A stretch of DNA of 64,000 nt, from assembly GCF_035456085.1 (NCBI RefSeq), contig NZ_DATIDY010000040.1, positions 7,609 to 71,608 of the forward strand, written 5' to 3'. The notes below the pieces were generated by a model that saw only the letters and a list, made by a program, of their open reading frames with translations, had not been told where the DNA came from and searched no databases. The stretch comes from Flavobacterium sp. (GTDB lineage: Bacteria > Bacteroidota > Bacteroidia > Flavobacteriales > Flavobacteriaceae). Every line of letters begins with the position of its first letter. Positions within the stretch are counted from its first letter, which is position 1. This document shows, piece by piece, positions 20,216-29,623 of the stretch. The position numbers and the translations under genes were made by a program.

Positions 20216-20971
20216 TCATTTAGCTGGAGTACCTGTTGGAGCAGCTGTTGCGCCTACTGAAGGTTGTTTTGCTGCAGCAAGTTTTGTTTTTACATTCTTA
20301 CCGTGTTTAGAATCTTTTAATGAAGCTTCTAAATTATTGAACATCGTTTCAATTTTTTTAGAATCTACAGTTGGATCATTGCTCATCCCTTCAATAATTA
20401 ATAAACTAATGAAAGCTTTTGGATGAGTATTAGCATAATCCACATATTTATTTTTTGAAGTATTACCAATTTCAGTTTGGATTTTAGTGTATTCTTTCAT
20501 TAAGCTATTGATAACAGCAGTATCTTTAGTTTGTTGTGCTGTTTGCATTTTTTGCATGTTAGCATTTTGAAAGTCCATTAAAGGTTTCTGAATTTTTGTG
20601 ATTTCTTCATTAAATTTCACATACTCATCGTTATTGTAAGTACCAGAAATTTTAGATTTTTGAATTGTATCTTTATTTACTACAATTGTAATTTCACCAT
20701 TTTCTAAGATAAATGGAATTTTACCTTGTACTCCTTCAATTTGTAAAGTATGGAAAGCTGGTTCTGTTACTTTTCCTTTAATTTCAAATTTACCGTCTTC
20801 GATTTTTACTGTGTCAACAGGAATTAATCCCATTCCTTTATCATCTTGTGCTTCTAGTACAACTGTTTTTCCGTTTTCAAATCCTTTCGCAGTTCCTGAG
20901 ATAGTGTATTTGTCTTTGCTACAAGAAGTAAGTAAAGCTGTAGCGGTAAGAAATAAAATAATTTTTTTCAT
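20216..20971 (-). CDS. DUF4369 lipoprotein (N-terminal part of an AhpC/TSA-TlpA protein)
   Basis: Lipobox LLTSC, YTISG..DT..GKF..G DUF4369-like start; ends ...PTGTPAK-TGA. Confidence 0.85.
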   Translation of the reverse strand: MKKIILFLTATALLTSCSKDKYTISGTAKGFENGKTVVLEAQDDKGMGLIPVDTVKIEDGKFEIKGKVTEPAFHTLQIEGVQGKIPFILENGEITIVVNKDTIQKSKISGTYNNDEYVKFNEEITKIQKPLMDFQNANMQKMQTAQQTKDTAVINSLMKEYTKIQTEIGNTSKNKYVDYANTHPKAFISLLIIEGMSNDPTVDSKKIETMFNNLEASLKDSKHGKNVKTKLAAAKQPSVGATAAPTGTPAK

Positions 20972-21218
20972 TTTTATTAGTTAATTGTTTTTAAGGTTAC
21001 AAAAGTATTTAAAATTATAAATTAACAATAACTTTAGAACCCTAAATTTATGTTATAATTTTCCTCATTTTAAAGCTATTTGTATAAAGAAATATTGTGT
21101 TTATAATTTTTTTAAATATTATTTTCTTTAAATAGTAATCATTTGAAATTTAATTCCGTGCATGTTTTAAAAGTATTATTTTTTATAGGCTTTTTATTTA
21201 AAAGGTTAGTAAAATAAT

Positions 21219-21437
21219 TTAAAGATTGTATTGATGAAGATATGACTCAATATGCTCAATTTCATTTTGAGTAATTGTAATATCTAAATTTACATCTCTT
21301 AAATCTTTGTTTAAATAAGAACAAACAGGATTATCTTTTAATTTCAAATCGATGTCAGCTTTTATTTGTTTTAGTTTTTCAATTGTTACCAAAGCATTTT
21401 TGTATTGCTTTTGATAGTTTTCAATTTTTTCATTCAT
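21219..21437 (-). CDS. Small coiled-coil hypothetical protein
   Basis: 72-aa ATG ORF with helical heptad character. Confidence 0.6.
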   Translation of the reverse strand: MNEKIENYQKQYKNALVTIEKLKQIKADIDLKLKDNPVCSYLNKDLRDVNLDITITQNEIEHIESYLHQYNL

Positions 21438-21608
21438 TTTGGTTAAGTTAAAATAGTTTGGGATTGCTAATTTATCGAAAACCTTGTTAAATAAATGTTA
21501 ACTATTTTTTGTTTTCAGTTTATCGTTTTTTTTAAAGCGTTTCATCTTCTATGAACAAAAAAAAAGCACCCGGTTAAGAGTGCTTTATAATTATTTGTTT
21601 TTTTTAAA

Positions 21609-22049
21609 CTATTCTTGGTTAGTTGTTTTTCTCCAAGGATAAGCATTAAAAATATGTCTTTTTGCAAAACGACCTGGTGAATCTGCATTGACCATTTTTA
21701 CATAAATAGCTTTAGGAACACTGATATATTCGTAAACACTACCATTTGAGAAATTCACGATTAATCTAGATTCAACATATTTATAGTCAGTGATTGTTGA
21801 AGTAGAGATAGTCTCAGTATATTCAGGTAAAAGTTGTTTGATTGTCTCTGGGTTGATGCTTACCAAGAAGTGGTATGCTTCAATTATTTTTTTACTGTTT
21901 TCTTCAGCTTGTTTTAAACCAGCTTCATCACCTTGAAATTTATCGGGATGCGCATCTTTCATCGCATTACGATAGATGGTTTTCAATTCTTTAAGCTCTA
22001 CTGTTTTTTCTACATTTAGTAGTTTGCGGTATTCAACTATTTTTTTCAT
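21609..22049 (-). CDS. J-domain (HPD) plus KTSC domain protein
   Basis: LKTIYRNAMKDAHPDKF...IIEAYHFL (J-like) then LIVNFSNGSVYEYISVPKAIYVKMVNADSPGRF (KTSC). Start set at MKKIV; TACCTTTG -7 box upstream. Confidence 0.85.
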   Translation of the reverse strand: MKKIVEYRKLLNVEKTVELKELKTIYRNAMKDAHPDKFQGDEAGLKQAEENSKKIIEAYHFLVSINPETIKQLLPEYTETISTSTITDYKYVESRLIVNFSNGSVYEYISVPKAIYVKMVNADSPGRFAKRHIFNAYPWRKTTNQE

Positions 22050-22217
22050 AAATAAGGTAACTACTTGTCTTTTACTATTAAACCAAAAAAACTGGTTGGG
22101 TTTCGACAAATTTTTTGCAAAGGTACACTTTTTTTTAACTTTTCCTTTTCGAGCAAAAAAAAAATCAAAAAATGTACTTTTTGATTTTTTATATTATTCT
22201 AAAACTTTAAACAGCTG

Positions 22218-22460
22218 TTATTCAGGCTTGTTATTTGCCTTATCAAAATTTCTAGATTTCTTAGGGTATTTGTTATAACTGATATCACTAGGGTTTTCAA
22301 TTACACTTTTGATCGTAATCCAATCACCCAGATTGTGTTTTTGAGCCATTTTATAATCTAAAAGATATTCTCCACAAAAATAGTTTTTGTTTTCATCTTG
22401 CTCCATTATTCCAGTAAAAACGCCTTTTTGTAGCATTTTTTGTTCTCCTGATTTGCTCAT
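22218..22460 (-). CDS. Small hypothetical protein
   Basis: 80-aa ORF with its own TACCTTTG box upstream. Confidence 0.65.
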   Translation of the reverse strand: MSKSGEQKMLQKGVFTGIMEQDENKNYFCGEYLLDYKMAQKHNLGDWITIKSVIENPSDISYNKYPKKSRNFDKANNKPE

Positions 22461-22738
22461 ATCTATTTTCTTTAAATGAAAAATTATACCGCAAAGGTAT
22501 GTATTTATTGAGAATTAATTTTATAAAGAGATCACATTACAAATTTAGTGCATGCAAAGATTTTGTTAATGGTAAGTCCTACTGCAAAACTGATATACCA
22601 TTTATACATTTTTAAAACTTAAGTGAATTTCCTTTGAAGCAAGCTACCAAAGTAGCGAAAAGCCCGGCCCAAATAGAATTAACAATTGCTTATTTTGAAA
22701 TACTTTGGTAAGTGATCGTTTGTGAGTACCTTTGTTTC

Positions 22739-23296
22739 ATGGAAAAAATGTTTCGTCCCAGTCCCAAATCGTTTAAAAATACATTTTGTGTTTTTCATGA
22801 AGTTTTACCCGAAAGAATTGCGGGTATGACGGTGCAATATGATAGTCAATCGGGAAGCAAATACTATTATACCACAGAAGGAATGTACCGATTATCCAAT
22901 CATTGGGGGCGTTTGGCAAATAGCAAATGGCGTTTGGAACCGATGGAACCCGAAACGGAATCAAAGTTTAAAATTGGTTTTGCTCGTTGGAATGAATTTT
23001 ATCCGGATAATGCAGAGGATGAATTATATTATTTGGAGGCAGATTTTGAAAAGAAAAAGGTGAATTATCAGCATCGAAATAATCCTAAATATAATGGAAA
23101 ACCAATCCTAAGAACGAGTTTTGAGACAGGGAAAAAGATCAAACAGATTCGGAATTTATTTGAGTTGACTTCTTGGGCAAAGTATTTTGATTATGATGAT
23201 ATTGATGAATTGCGCAAGGAAATTATTAATGAACTGATTTTTACCAACAGAACATTAGAAGAAATAAAAAGAGATATTAACGGTTATACATCATAA
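22739..23296 (+). CDS. Hypothetical protein (start uncertain: 22739 or 22748)
   Basis: Long ORF rich in aromatic residues (YRLSNHWGRLANSKW). Confidence 0.7.
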   Translation: MEKMFRPSPKSFKNTFCVFHEVLPERIAGMTVQYDSQSGSKYYYTTEGMYRLSNHWGRLANSKWRLEPMEPETESKFKIGFARWNEFYPDNAEDELYYLEADFEKKKVNYQHRNNPKYNGKPILRTSFETGKKIKQIRNLFELTSWAKYFDYDDIDELRKEIINELIFTNRTLEEIKRDINGYTS

Positions 23297-23297
23297 A

Positions 23298-23450
23298 ATG
23301 GGCAGAAATAACGAAGGAAATATCAAGAAACACAACGATAAACTGCATAAAGCTCAGGCAAAAGCCAAGAAAGCTGAAATGGATCGTAAGGAAAAATTGA
23401 AACTGATTACTAAAAAATTCAACGAGGATAGAGCTTCGGAGAATAACTAA
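23298..23450 (+). CDS. 50-aa basic small protein (not in the ORF track)
   Basis: MGRNNEGNIKKHNDKLHKAQAKAKKAEMDRKEKLKLITKKFNEDRASENN*; fills the gap between two co-oriented genes exactly. Confidence 0.6.
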   Translation: MGRNNEGNIKKHNDKLHKAQAKAKKAEMDRKEKLKLITKKFNEDRASENN

Positions 23451-23461
23451 AAAATATTGAC

Positions 23462-23695
23462 ATGGATGCAACTAAATTTGACGGATTAAAAAATGGAGTT
23501 CAGGAAATAATTGACTTCATTGCAGCTAAAAATGCTACAGATGCTTATAATAAATTAGCAGATGTTAGCGAGGAATTAGACGAACTTTTGGATCATACTG
23601 ATGAGGATGAAGATCTTATTGAGATTAGTAAATTTCAAGTGTTATTGAATCAATTGCAACAGAAGATAGTTTTGCTTAAAGCACAACTTAATTGA
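23462..23695 (+). CDS. Small acidic helical hypothetical protein
   Basis: 77-aa ATG ORF in an apparent operon. Confidence 0.7.
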   Translation: MDATKFDGLKNGVQEIIDFIAAKNATDAYNKLADVSEELDELLDHTDEDEDLIEISKFQVLLNQLQQKIVLLKAQLN

Positions 23696-23792
23696 GTTTG
23701 TTTTTTTGGAGACGAATTTCACTAATTAACACAAATAAAACGAACAAAATAATTTCACTAACTATTTTGGATGAAAAGCAGTCGATAGTTTT

Positions 23793-24206
23793 GTGAATAT
23801 TATAATTATGACCATGCTTGAAAATATGACAGATAAAAATTGTTACTGCGGTTCTGATAAACCTTTTGCTTTATGTTGCAATCTTTATATTAGTGGAGTT
23901 GAAAAAGCTCCAACAGCTCTGGCTTTGATGAAGTCCAGATATGCAGCTTATGCTACACATCAAGCTGATTATTTATTGGCAACCACTCATAGTTCTGAAA
24001 GGAAATACTACTCGAAAGAGGAAATTCTGAAATGGGCTGTTTCCAATCAATGGCAAAAACTGGAAATTATTGCTTTTAGCGATGATACAGTTGAGTTTAA
24101 AGCTTATTATAAAGATGAAAATAAATTAGATCAAATACATTATGAGTTTTCCACTTTCAAAAAAGAAAATGACTGTTGGTTTTATGTAGATGGGAAGTTT
24201 AAATAA
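23793..24206 (+). CDS. YchJ family protein (SEC-C motif); start likely 23826
   Basis: CYCGS...CC, APTALALMKSRY, YLLATTH, VEFKAYY, STFKKENDCWFYVDG. Confidence 0.88.
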   Translation: MNIIIMTMLENMTDKNCYCGSDKPFALCCNLYISGVEKAPTALALMKSRYAAYATHQADYLLATTHSSERKYYSKEEILKWAVSNQWQKLEIIAFSDDTVEFKAYYKDENKLDQIHYEFSTFKKENDCWFYVDGKFK

Positions 24207-24311
24207 TTTTTTTTGAAATAGTTTCTAAGTTGCTAAGACTTGATTGGTACTTTTTATAAAGCATTAATAAGAGAAAAAATTAGAGACTCGATAACTTGGT
24301 AACTAAAAAAT

Positions 24312-25100
24312 ATGGCAAAAGGAATTCAATTATTAGCAATCACTTTGATTTTTGTTTGTTGTAAAACTCATTTGCCAGCACCAAAGGTTGTTGAAACTAC
24401 TGAACCAACAACTGCTTACAAACAGCAAATAGAAAATTTGGAGAGCGGGATTTATTTTAGAGGCAACGGAAATGAACCTGAATGGGTTTTAAAAATATCT
24501 GAGAAAACCATCACATTTACATCATTAAAACCTGGCTATGAATCTTTGAGTGGAAATCATGTAGAACCAGTTCAAGCGATGGATGCGAATGTAAAAATGT
24601 ATCGTGTTGCTACGGTTGCGGGTTTGATGATCATTCAAATTATGCAGCAAGAATGTATCAATACAATGAGTGGAGATAAAGCATCATATTCAGTTAAAAT
24701 TGAGGTTGTTAAAGATAATAAATCTATATTTTTTAATGGATGCGGAAACTACATTACGAATCCAAGTTTGCATGATATTTGGGTTTTAGAAAAACTAAAC
24801 GGCAAGGAAGTTTCTGTAACAGATTTTACAAAACAGTTGCCAAATCTTGAAATAAATACCACCAAAAATACCTTCATGGGTTTTGCAGGTTGCAATAGTA
24901 TGAGTGGTGATATTTTCTTCGAAAGAGGTTTGCTTCGGTTCACAAATGTTATTACGACCAAAATGTTTTGTGGGGAAAATAATAAAGAAAATAGTTTTCT
25001 TAAAACCTTACAAAACACTACAAATTATAAAGTCGAAAATTTAAGATTGACACTTACCAATTCATCTGGTAGTGAATTAGTTTTCAAAAAAGTAGATTAA
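24312..25100 (+). CDS. META/HslJ domain lipoprotein
   Basis: Lipoprotein signal (FVCC), FRGNGNEPEW, C..MSG domain, GFAGCN and TTKMFC META motifs. Confidence 0.85.
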   Translation: MAKGIQLLAITLIFVCCKTHLPAPKVVETTEPTTAYKQQIENLESGIYFRGNGNEPEWVLKISEKTITFTSLKPGYESLSGNHVEPVQAMDANVKMYRVATVAGLMIIQIMQQECINTMSGDKASYSVKIEVVKDNKSIFFNGCGNYITNPSLHDIWVLEKLNGKEVSVTDFTKQLPNLEINTTKNTFMGFAGCNSMSGDIFFERGLLRFTNVITTKMFCGENNKENSFLKTLQNTTNYKVENLRLTLTNSSGSELVFKKVD

Positions 25101-25177
25101 TCACCCTAAAACCTTTTAACTTAAAATTATAAATTGTTTGTTGTCAGTTCATTTAAAAATAATCTAAATTTATATTT

Positions 25178-26296
25178 ATGAACAATACAGTAAAAAAAGG
25201 ATTTTATTTTAAGACTTACGAAGCTCCGTTTCAATCGCCTTTTGATAAGCTCTTTGCTATTTTCAAAGAACTTATCACACATACTTCAGGTGATTTTGAT
25301 GAAGCTATCAATTGGTTGCGCGAATTAGACAAAGAATACAAATTAACCGATTCGTCCTATACTATTGATGATTTTATTGAGGATTTAAAGAAAAAAGGAT
25401 ACATCCGAGAAGAAATAAAAGATGATGGAACATCTGGTACCGGTATCACAGCTAAAACAGAACGCGCCATTAGACAACAAGCTTTGGAAACTATTTTCGG
25501 AAATATAAAAAAATCAGGGAGTGGAAACCACAAAACCAAGCATGTTGGTAATGGAGATGAACATGCCGGTGAATTTCGGGAGTTTCATTTTGGAGATGCA
25601 TTAGAAAATATCTCTATAACGGAAAGTTTACGCAATGCACAAATCAATAATGGCGTTGGTGATTTTATACTCACAGAAAATGACCTCATTGTTGAGGAAA
25701 CGCAATATAAATCCCAGATGAGCACTGTTTTGATGATTGATATCAGCCACAGTATGATTTTGTATGGTGAAGACCGAATTACTCCTGCCAAAAAAGTAGC
25801 AATGGCGCTAGCCGAATTAATCACAACACGTTACCCAAAAGACACTTTAGATATACTCGTTTTTGGAAATGATGCCTGGCGAATTTCGATTAAGGATTTG
25901 CCGTATTTAAAAGTTGGCCCTTATCATACCAATACCGTTGCTGGTTTGCAATTGGCAATGGATTTGTTGAGAAGAAAGAAAAACACCAACAAACAAATTT
26001 TCATGATTACCGATGGAAAACCTAGCTGTGTGATAGAAAAAGATGGTACTTATTATATGAATAGCAATGGTTTAGATCAATATATAGTTGACAAATGTTA
26101 TACTCAAGCGCAACAAGCTAGAAAATTACATATTCCAATAACCACTTTTATGATTGCAAATGATCCTTATTTGCAAAAATTTGTAAATTATTTTACCGAA
26201 GCCAATCAAGGAAAAGCTTTTTATACTGGTTTAAAAGGTTTGGGCGAAATGATTTTTCAGGATTATGAAACCAATAGGAAGAAACGGATTAAGTAA
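25178..26296 (+). CDS. von Willebrand factor A domain protein
   Basis: MIDISHSM MIDAS, HTNTVAGL and MITDGKPS. Confidence 0.88.
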   Translation: MNNTVKKGFYFKTYEAPFQSPFDKLFAIFKELITHTSGDFDEAINWLRELDKEYKLTDSSYTIDDFIEDLKKKGYIREEIKDDGTSGTGITAKTERAIRQQALETIFGNIKKSGSGNHKTKHVGNGDEHAGEFREFHFGDALENISITESLRNAQINNGVGDFILTENDLIVEETQYKSQMSTVLMIDISHSMILYGEDRITPAKKVAMALAELITTRYPKDTLDILVFGNDAWRISIKDLPYLKVGPYHTNTVAGLQLAMDLLRRKKNTNKQIFMITDGKPSCVIEKDGTYYMNSNGLDQYIVDKCYTQAQQARKLHIPITTFMIANDPYLQKFVNYFTEANQGKAFYTGLKGLGEMIFQDYETNRKKRIK

Positions 26297-26418
26297 TTAT
26301 AAATTATGAATTATAAATTATGAATTATGAGTTTTTGCTGCTTTTTTGCTATTATAAAAACAAACAAAATTAATCAAACTTGATTCTTAGAATTAGCAAC
26401 TTAGAATCTTAGCAACTT
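26295..26418. repeat. Short tandem oligomer repeats (AATTAT[A/G] x5; TTAGCAAC-type x2)
   Basis: Seen directly. The reverse-complement unit TCTAAGTTGCTAAG also occurs at about 24224-24237. Confidence 0.6.
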
Positions 26419-26430
26419 TAAAAAGAATAT

Positions 26431-27894
26431 ATGAAAATTGAAAACATAAATAATCTGGGCGAATTAAAGAAATCCGGATATCAAAGTAAAAGTATAAAAA
26501 ACGAATTACGCCATAATTTGAGAGAGAAAATTAAATCAGGAGAGCCAACTTTTGAAGGCATTCATGGATTTGAAAATACTGTTATTCCTGAATTAGAACG
26601 AGCAATACTTTCTCGCCATAATATTAATTTATTGGGGCTTCGTGGTCAGGCAAAAACTCGATTAGCTCGAAAAATGATTGAGTTGTTGGACGAATATATC
26701 CCATACGTAACCGGATCTGAGATAAATGATGATCCATTGCAACCGCTATCTCGTTTTGCAAAAGATTTAATTTTGGAAAAAGGTGATGATACTCCAATTT
26801 CCTGGTTGCATAGAAATGATCGTTTTTTCGAAAAACTAGCAACACCTGATGTAACCGTTGCCGATTTGATAGGCGATGTAGATCCAATAAAAGCGGCAAA
26901 TTTAAGGTTATCTTATGCAGATGATCGAGTAATTCATTTTGGAATGATTCCTCGTGCTAATCGTTGTATTTTTGTGATTAATGAGTTACCTGACCTTCAA
27001 GCTAGAATTCAAGTAGCTTTATTTAACATTCTACAAGAAGGAGACATACAGATTCGAGGTTTCAAACTTAGATTGCCTCTTGATATGCAGTTTGTATTCA
27101 CCGCAAACCCTGAAGATTACACCAACAGAGGAAGTATCGTTACTCCTTTGAAAGACAGGATTGGCTCTCAAATTCTGACTCATTATCCTGAAAACATTAA
27201 AATCGCACGTACTATCACAACTCAAGAAGCTAAATTAGATACCAATCAAACTGACTTGGTTTATGTTCCTTCTTTGGCAAAAGATTTACTAGAACAAATA
27301 AGTTTTGAAGCTCGTGAAAGTGAATTTATTGATAACAAAAGTGGTGTAAGTGCCCGATTGAGCATTACTGCTTACGAAAATTTATTAAGCACAGCCGAAC
27401 GTCGCGCTCTAAAAGCTGGAGTTGACCGAACTTCAATTCGTTTATCTGACTTCATGGGGATTATTCCATCGATTACTGGTAAGGTAGAATTGGTTTACGA
27501 AGGAGAACAGGAAGGAGCTGCTATAGTGGCAAGTCATTTGATAGAAGATGCCATCCGCACTTTCTTTCCATTATATTTTCCTAAAATTGAAAAATTAGAA
27601 AAGCAAGGTGTTAGAACTGATTATACCGATATTTTGGATTGGTTTTTTACTGAAAATGGTTTTGAAATATTAGACGATTATAGCGATGAGGAATACCAAA
27701 CAACTTTGAATAGCATTCCGCCATTGAATAAACTAATTAAGAAACACCATCCAGATTTAAGCCCGGAAGATCAATTTTTCATGAAAGAATTTGTGCTTTG
27801 GGGATTAGTTGAATTTAAAAAATTGAGTAAAGATCGCTTTTCCGAAGGATATCAATTTAAAGATATGTTTGGGAGCTACATTAATAAATTATAA
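26431..27894 (+). CDS. AAA+ ATPase, magnesium chelatase ChlI/MoxR-like
   Basis: GLRGQAKT Walker A variant, INELPDL, FTANPEDY, LKDRIG. Confidence 0.85.
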   Translation: MKIENINNLGELKKSGYQSKSIKNELRHNLREKIKSGEPTFEGIHGFENTVIPELERAILSRHNINLLGLRGQAKTRLARKMIELLDEYIPYVTGSEINDDPLQPLSRFAKDLILEKGDDTPISWLHRNDRFFEKLATPDVTVADLIGDVDPIKAANLRLSYADDRVIHFGMIPRANRCIFVINELPDLQARIQVALFNILQEGDIQIRGFKLRLPLDMQFVFTANPEDYTNRGSIVTPLKDRIGSQILTHYPENIKIARTITTQEAKLDTNQTDLVYVPSLAKDLLEQISFEARESEFIDNKSGVSARLSITAYENLLSTAERRALKAGVDRTSIRLSDFMGIIPSITGKVELVYEGEQEGAAIVASHLIEDAIRTFFPLYFPKIEKLEKQGVRTDYTDILDWFFTENGFEILDDYSDEEYQTTLNSIPPLNKLIKKHHPDLSPEDQFFMKEFVLWGLVEFKKLSKDRFSEGYQFKDMFGSYINKL

Positions 27895-27915
27895 AGAATA
27901 AACATAGATTTTATT

Positions 27916-27966
27916 TAACCATTAAGAAATTGACAAAAATGATTTAGCTCAATTTCTTAATGGTTA
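27916..27966. terminator. 18-bp perfect inverted repeat between convergent genes
   Basis: TAACCATTAAGAAATTGA-N15-TCAATTTCTTAATGGTTA. Confidence 0.7.
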
Positions 27967-27985
27967 TTTTTATTAAAATATTGAA

Positions 27986-28780
27986 TCAGTGGAAAAACAT
28001 GGCAATCATAATTTCCAAAAAGATTAGAATAATCACGATCCATTCTAATCGAGAACTTTCCCGAACATTTAAAACATCTGTAAATAACCTAAGATTATCT
28101 TCGACAATATCCAGACGATAGTCCAAATCCCTGAAGCGTGGATTGATATCAAAATTAGCTTTTAGTTGCCTGTTTAAAAGGTTGAGTTCTTCATTATCCC
28201 AAACCAAATTAGGATCGTCCAGAATATACAGATTATCAACGATGCTATTTTTGACATTCAGCACTTTTCCAATGTATTTAAGCAAATTACTTTTTGAAAT
28301 ACTGAGTCTTCCTCTTTTCTCCAACTCTAATATATAGACTCTGGAAGAGCTGATAAGCTCATTTGTAAGTTCTTCATAATAATCTAAAGCGACAGATTGC
28401 CCGATGTTGAGCATTATAATTCTCATTACTAAAGGATTTACAAAAGGAACTGTAACATAATCATTCTTGATTACTACTTTTGGAATATTTGGGTTAATTT
28501 CTATTTGGTACTCTTCGGACAAGTCCAAATCAACTATTGTGGTGGCATAATTACGAACAAAATCAATCAATTCCTTTTTTTCAGAAGCAGAATAATTAGC
28601 CAAAACAATAACTCCATAATCGAAAATATAGAGATAACTATTTTTGTCATTTAACGTATAAAAAATTTCAGATGGAGAACTAGAATGTGATTCATGACCG
28701 AATTCGTTGCGTAGTTTTTTAATATTAAATGATTCGGCAATTTGAATAGCTTCGATTTTTATAAAATCAGTTTCGACCAT
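27986..28780 (-). CDS. RMD1/DUF155 family protein
   Basis: YIFDYGVIV, IGQSVALDYYE, LDDPNLVW, SSRLEWIVIILI C-terminal TM. Confidence 0.85.
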   Translation of the reverse strand: MVETDFIKIEAIQIAESFNIKKLRNEFGHESHSSSPSEIFYTLNDKNSYLYIFDYGVIVLANYSASEKKELIDFVRNYATTIVDLDLSEEYQIEINPNIPKVVIKNDYVTVPFVNPLVMRIIMLNIGQSVALDYYEELTNELISSSRVYILELEKRGRLSISKSNLLKYIGKVLNVKNSIVDNLYILDDPNLVWDNEELNLLNRQLKANFDINPRFRDLDYRLDIVEDNLRLFTDVLNVRESSRLEWIVIILIFLEIMIAMFFH

Positions 28781-28876
28781 ATTTTACTATTTGATGCTTT
28801 TTTAAATTTTAATCTTTATAAACGCCTTAATGGTTTTACTGTCTAAAAATTAAATTCAGAGAAAGGTAGCAGACAA

Positions 28877-29188
28877 TTATAAAAAATCTAGTTTTCCATT
28901 GCTTTCAATAATTAATTTTTCTAGAATTTGTGCTGCCTCATTATCAGAATTAGCCGAAAAACCAGAAACAAACACTCCTTTTACACCAAAAATAGAAGCG
29001 ATACCATACACAACCGATTCATCACCTGGGTCTGTTTCACCTTCATAACGATACACATGTTCGACACAATAGTCTTGTGGATTTGTTACAATAATTTCAT
29101 GATGAAGATTAAAATCATGAACGAAACCTTTTTCTTTTAAATCTTCTAAAGCCTCTAGAACTGTGGTATAATGATAGGTCGGTTTCAT
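28877..29188 (-). CDS. Conserved small Bacteroidota protein of unknown function
   Basis: LKEKGFVHDF...YRYEGETDPGDESVVYGI pattern; start set at MKPT. Confidence 0.75.
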   Translation of the reverse strand: MKPTYHYTTVLEALEDLKEKGFVHDFNLHHEIIVTNPQDYCVEHVYRYEGETDPGDESVVYGIASIFGVKGVFVSGFSANSDNEAAQILEKLIIESNGKLDFL

Positions 29189-29276
29189 CTTTAAAATATT
29201 TACAGTTATCATCTAAAGTTAACCATTTTAATTTTAAGTCATTATAAAATGATTGTTAAAGTAAAAAATGTAATTC

Positions 29277-29307
29277 TTGACTTACCATAATTAATATTGT
29301 AAGTTTG
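29277..29307 (+). promoter_or_regulatory. Bacteroidota primary-sigma promoter of rnpB
   Basis: TTG (29277-29279), 20-nt spacer, TAAGTTTG (29300-29307) immediately before the RNA. Confidence 0.75.
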
Positions 29308-29311
29308 CACC

Positions 29312-29623
29312 GCAGACCGCCTTATCGTCGTCCGCCTCGGCGGAGGGAGGAAAGTCCGGACACCATAGAGAAGCATAGCGGGTAACACCCGTCGGTTCCA
29401 AGCAATTGGAATTAGGACAAGTGCAACAGAAAGTATGTACAGGTAATGCTGTAGTGAAACCAGGTAAACTCTATGCGGTGAAATATCAAGTATATCAGCA
29501 TTTAAGGGCTTCTCGTCCGTTGCTGAAGGGTAGATAGCTTGAGCTTATGAGTAATTATAAGTCTAGATAAATGATAAGGTATCGTTAGAAATAACGAGAA
29601 CAGAATCCGGCTTATAGGTCTGC
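29312..29623 (+). ncRNA. rnpB: RNase P RNA (type A)
   Basis: GAGGAAAGTCCGGAC, AGTGCAACAGAAAG, GTGAAAC..GGTAAACTC, TAGATAAATGA and ACAGAATCCGGCTTATAG. 5' GCAGACC pairs with 3' GGTCTGC (P1). Confidence 0.97.

Noticed and set aside
20216-20218. UGA as a selenocysteine codon in the TlpA gene
   Set aside because: The UGA is in a linker, not the active site (WCGPC uses normal Cys codons). I saw no convincing SECIS-like hairpin, and no sel genes are in the window.
28877-29188. Phosphoribosylpyrophosphate synthetase label sometimes attached to this small family
   Set aside because: About 100 aa with no PRPP-synthetase motifs; far too short for that enzyme.
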